Assembly: GCA_021795575.1 (NCBI GenBank)
Contig: JAJYPH010000003.1
Location: forward strand, 1 to 58,707
DNA: 58,707 nt
DNA from: Bacillota bacterium
GTDB taxonomy: Bacteria > Bacillota > Sulfobacillia > Sulfobacillales > JAIMBI01
Reading direction: 5' to 3'
The position numbers were made by a program, and so were the translations under genes. Below, piece after piece: positions 56,938 through 58,707 of the stretch. Position 1 is the stretch's first letter, and the number at the start of each line of letters is the position of its first letter. The notes beneath the pieces were generated by a model. The model was not told the origin of the DNA and made no database searches. It was given only the letters and a program-made list of their open reading frames with translations.

Positions 56938-57642
56938 TCAGACGCGGCGCAAGAGCCGTTCCAGCTGACGGGCAATGCGCGCCTGGCGGCGCGAAATTTC
57001 CGCCTGCGACAGCGCCAGGCGGCGACCAACCACCGCCTGGCTTTCGCCCCGGCCAAACCGCGCCGCCAGCAGGGCGCGATCGGGGGCGGGCAGCTGGGCG
57101 AGCGCCGCCTGCCAGTCGAGTCGGGCGGCCCATTCGGGTTCCCCGTCCGGAGACGGACTCTCGTGCTCGGCGGCCAAGGCGTCCAGCGACTGGACCGGGT
57201 GCATCCGGTCCAGCGTCTCCACCACCGTCGCGCGGTCCCACGACAGCTCTGCGGCCAGCTCCGCTACGGTGGGTGCGGGCTCACCGCGCGTCTGACGAGC
57301 CTCCAGGCAGGTCTGGAGCTGTCGGCGGCGTTCGGAGCCCCGCCGGCCCCAGCCATCGGCCGGGTGGTCGCGCAGCCAGTGCCGCACTTCCCCGAGCATC
57401 AAGGCGACGGCATACGTCGAGAAGGCCACTCCTCGCTCGGGGTCAAAGCGTTTTAGGGCTTTGACCAGGCCCAACGCCGCCACCTGCTCCACATCCTCGG
57501 CCTCGCCCAGTCCGCGGAACCGGCGCGCTACCAGCCCCACCAACCCCCGATGGCGCGCATACGCCTCATCCATCGCCGCCGCGTCGCCGGCGCGGAGCCG
57601 CTGGATCAGGTGGGACAGGGGCGTCGGGCGATCAGTAGCCAT
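56938..57642 (-). CDS. sigF: sporulation sigma factor F (divergent)
   Basis: GLVKA..RFD, FSTYAV...GE, SQ..ISR; third gene of the spoIIA operon. Confidence 0.85.
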   Translation of the reverse strand: MATDRPTPLSHLIQRLRAGDAAAMDEAYARHRGLVGLVARRFRGLGEAEDVEQVAALGLVKALKRFDPERGVAFSTYAVALMLGEVRHWLRDHPADGWGRRGSERRRQLQTCLEARQTRGEPAPTVAELAAELSWDRATVVETLDRMHPVQSLDALAAEHESPSPDGEPEWAARLDWQAALAQLPAPDRALLAARFGRGESQAVVGRRLALSQAEISRRQARIARQLERLLRRV

Positions 57643-58075
57643 CCGGCGCCAGCGCCGCGACCGGCAGGCGCTTTTCCATCACCACACGGGTTCCCTGGCC
57701 GGGGTGACTCTCAATGACGACGTGGTCCATGAAGGTTTCCATGAACAGGATCCCCAAGCCCAAGCGCTCGCCGTCACCCCCCGCCGCCTGCCGGGCCAGC
57801 GCGACATCCTCGATGCCCCGTCCCTGGTCCGACACCACCACCTGCAGGCGGTCCTGGGACAGCGAGGCCTCTACGCGCACCCGGCCATCGCGCCGCCCGC
57901 CGTAGCCGTGCAGCACCGCGTTGGTCACCGCCTCGGACACGGCCACGCGAATCTCCTCGAGGTCCGGTACGCCAAACGGTGCCCCGGCCGCCAGCGCCGC
58001 GACCGCCAGCCGGGCCAGGCCGACGTTGTCCGGATGACTCGCCAGATCTAAGCTAAGCGAGTTCGTCTCCGCCAT
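57632..58075 (-). CDS. spoIIAB: anti-sigma F factor
   Basis: VSEAVTNAVLHGY, D.G.GI.D, FMETFMD. Confidence 0.93.
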   Translation of the reverse strand: MAETNSLSLDLASHPDNVGLARLAVAALAAGAPFGVPDLEEIRVAVSEAVTNAVLHGYGGRRDGRVRVEASLSQDRLQVVVSDQGRGIEDVALARQAAGGDGERLGLGILFMETFMDHVVIESHPGQGTRVVMEKRLPVAALAPDGY

Positions 58076-58421
58076 CGGCGACCACTCCCTTCTCTCGGGC
58101 CTCGCTCGCCACGCGGGGCTCCCACGCCATGATTTGCCGGACACCGGCCACCGTCAAGACGGCCGCGACGGCCGGCCGCACCCCCACCAGGTGCAGGGTG
58201 CGCCCCGCCGCTGCCAGCCGACGATACCGGCCCAGCACCACCCCCAGCCCGGTGCTGTCCAAAAAGCTGACCTGGTCAAGGTTCAGCCGCACATCCCGGT
58301 CGGGGTATCGGTCCAGCAGGGTGTCTAGCGCTGCCCGCACGTCGCGGGCGCTGGCCAAGTCCAGGTCGCGTTCCAAGCCCACGGTCAGCAGATGGGGTTC
58401 CACCCGATAGGATATCGCCAC
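58053..58421 (-). CDS. spoIIAA: anti-anti-sigma F factor
   Basis: STAS fold; FLDSTGLGVVLGRY; strong GGAGG RBS. Confidence 0.93.
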   Translation of the reverse strand: MAISYRVEPHLLTVGLERDLDLASARDVRAALDTLLDRYPDRDVRLNLDQVSFLDSTGLGVVLGRYRRLAAAGRTLHLVGVRPAVAAVLTVAGVRQIMAWEPRVASEAREKGVVADGGDELA

Positions 58422-58570
58422 CCCGCACCGCCTCCTCCTCCATCATGTGCCACACACTGGGCGTTTTGACAACTGGTACCGCTTCCCCGGAATGTTGGTC
58501 TGGAACCCAATGCCGCGCCCGGCCTCGACCGCTATTTTTACGGCAGAGGAGGCGGACGCGAGGGGGGGCC

Positions 58571-58707
58571 TTGAAGCGCTATCCGGGGTTCCGATGGCTG
58601 TGGATCGGTCAAATGCTTTCCCAGCTGGGCCATGCCGTGTTTTTGATCATGGGGCTTTGGGAGATTCAGCTGCGGTCGCCGTTTCGGTTGGCGGTGGCCG
58701 GGCTCGT
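58571..58707 (+). CDS. MFS transporter, 5' partial
   Basis: AGGGGG RBS + TTG; FRWLWIGQMLSQLG N-terminal MFS motif; runs off the window. Confidence 0.75.
   Translation, partial: MKRYPGFRWLWIGQMLSQLGHAVFLIMGLWEIQLRSPFRLAVAGL

Noticed and set aside
1-58707. CRISPR array, IS elements, phage genes, tandem repeat arrays
   Set aside because: No regularly spaced repeats or transposase, cas or phage motifs seen by eye

Overview
High-GC chromosomal window from an endospore-forming Firmicute. An acidophilic Sulfobacillus-like clostridial lineage is inferred from gene content and the composition of the secreted binding protein. Most genes are on the minus strand. In order: frr-pyrH-tsf-rpsB; miaB, hflX, a TPR lipoprotein, NUDIX, YpmA, two SASPs, surE, an exonuclease-DinG fusion; a SAM/polyamine by-product cluster (speD-ndk-metallophosphoesterase-nucleoside phosphorylase-ahcY-mtaD-thioesterase-PHP); an aminotransferase III/SRPBCC/glycosyltransferase operon behind corA and tRNA-Pro(GGG); an ATPase-less peptide ABC operon; spoIVA, der, bioY, rpsA, plsC, cmk, aroH, pncB, ridA; a mer-like metal/thiol island lacking merA/merR; convergent spmB/spmA; a thioredoxin-rhodanese pair; Ku-ligase-LigD polymerase-SNF2; gerW, scpBA, a decayed Asp-box gene, spoVA with dodecin, and spoIIAA-spoIIAB-sigF. 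I found no CRISPR array, integrase or intact IS. The best leads are (1) residue signatures implying an inosine-routed (deaminating) SAM by-product salvage operon, (2) the coupled aminotransferase-SRPBCC-glycosyltransferase operon, (3) an NHEJ operon extended by a SNF2 translocase behind a forespore-type promoter, and (4) the mer-like island beside an inverted spmB. All calls come from reading motifs by eye; no database search was run.
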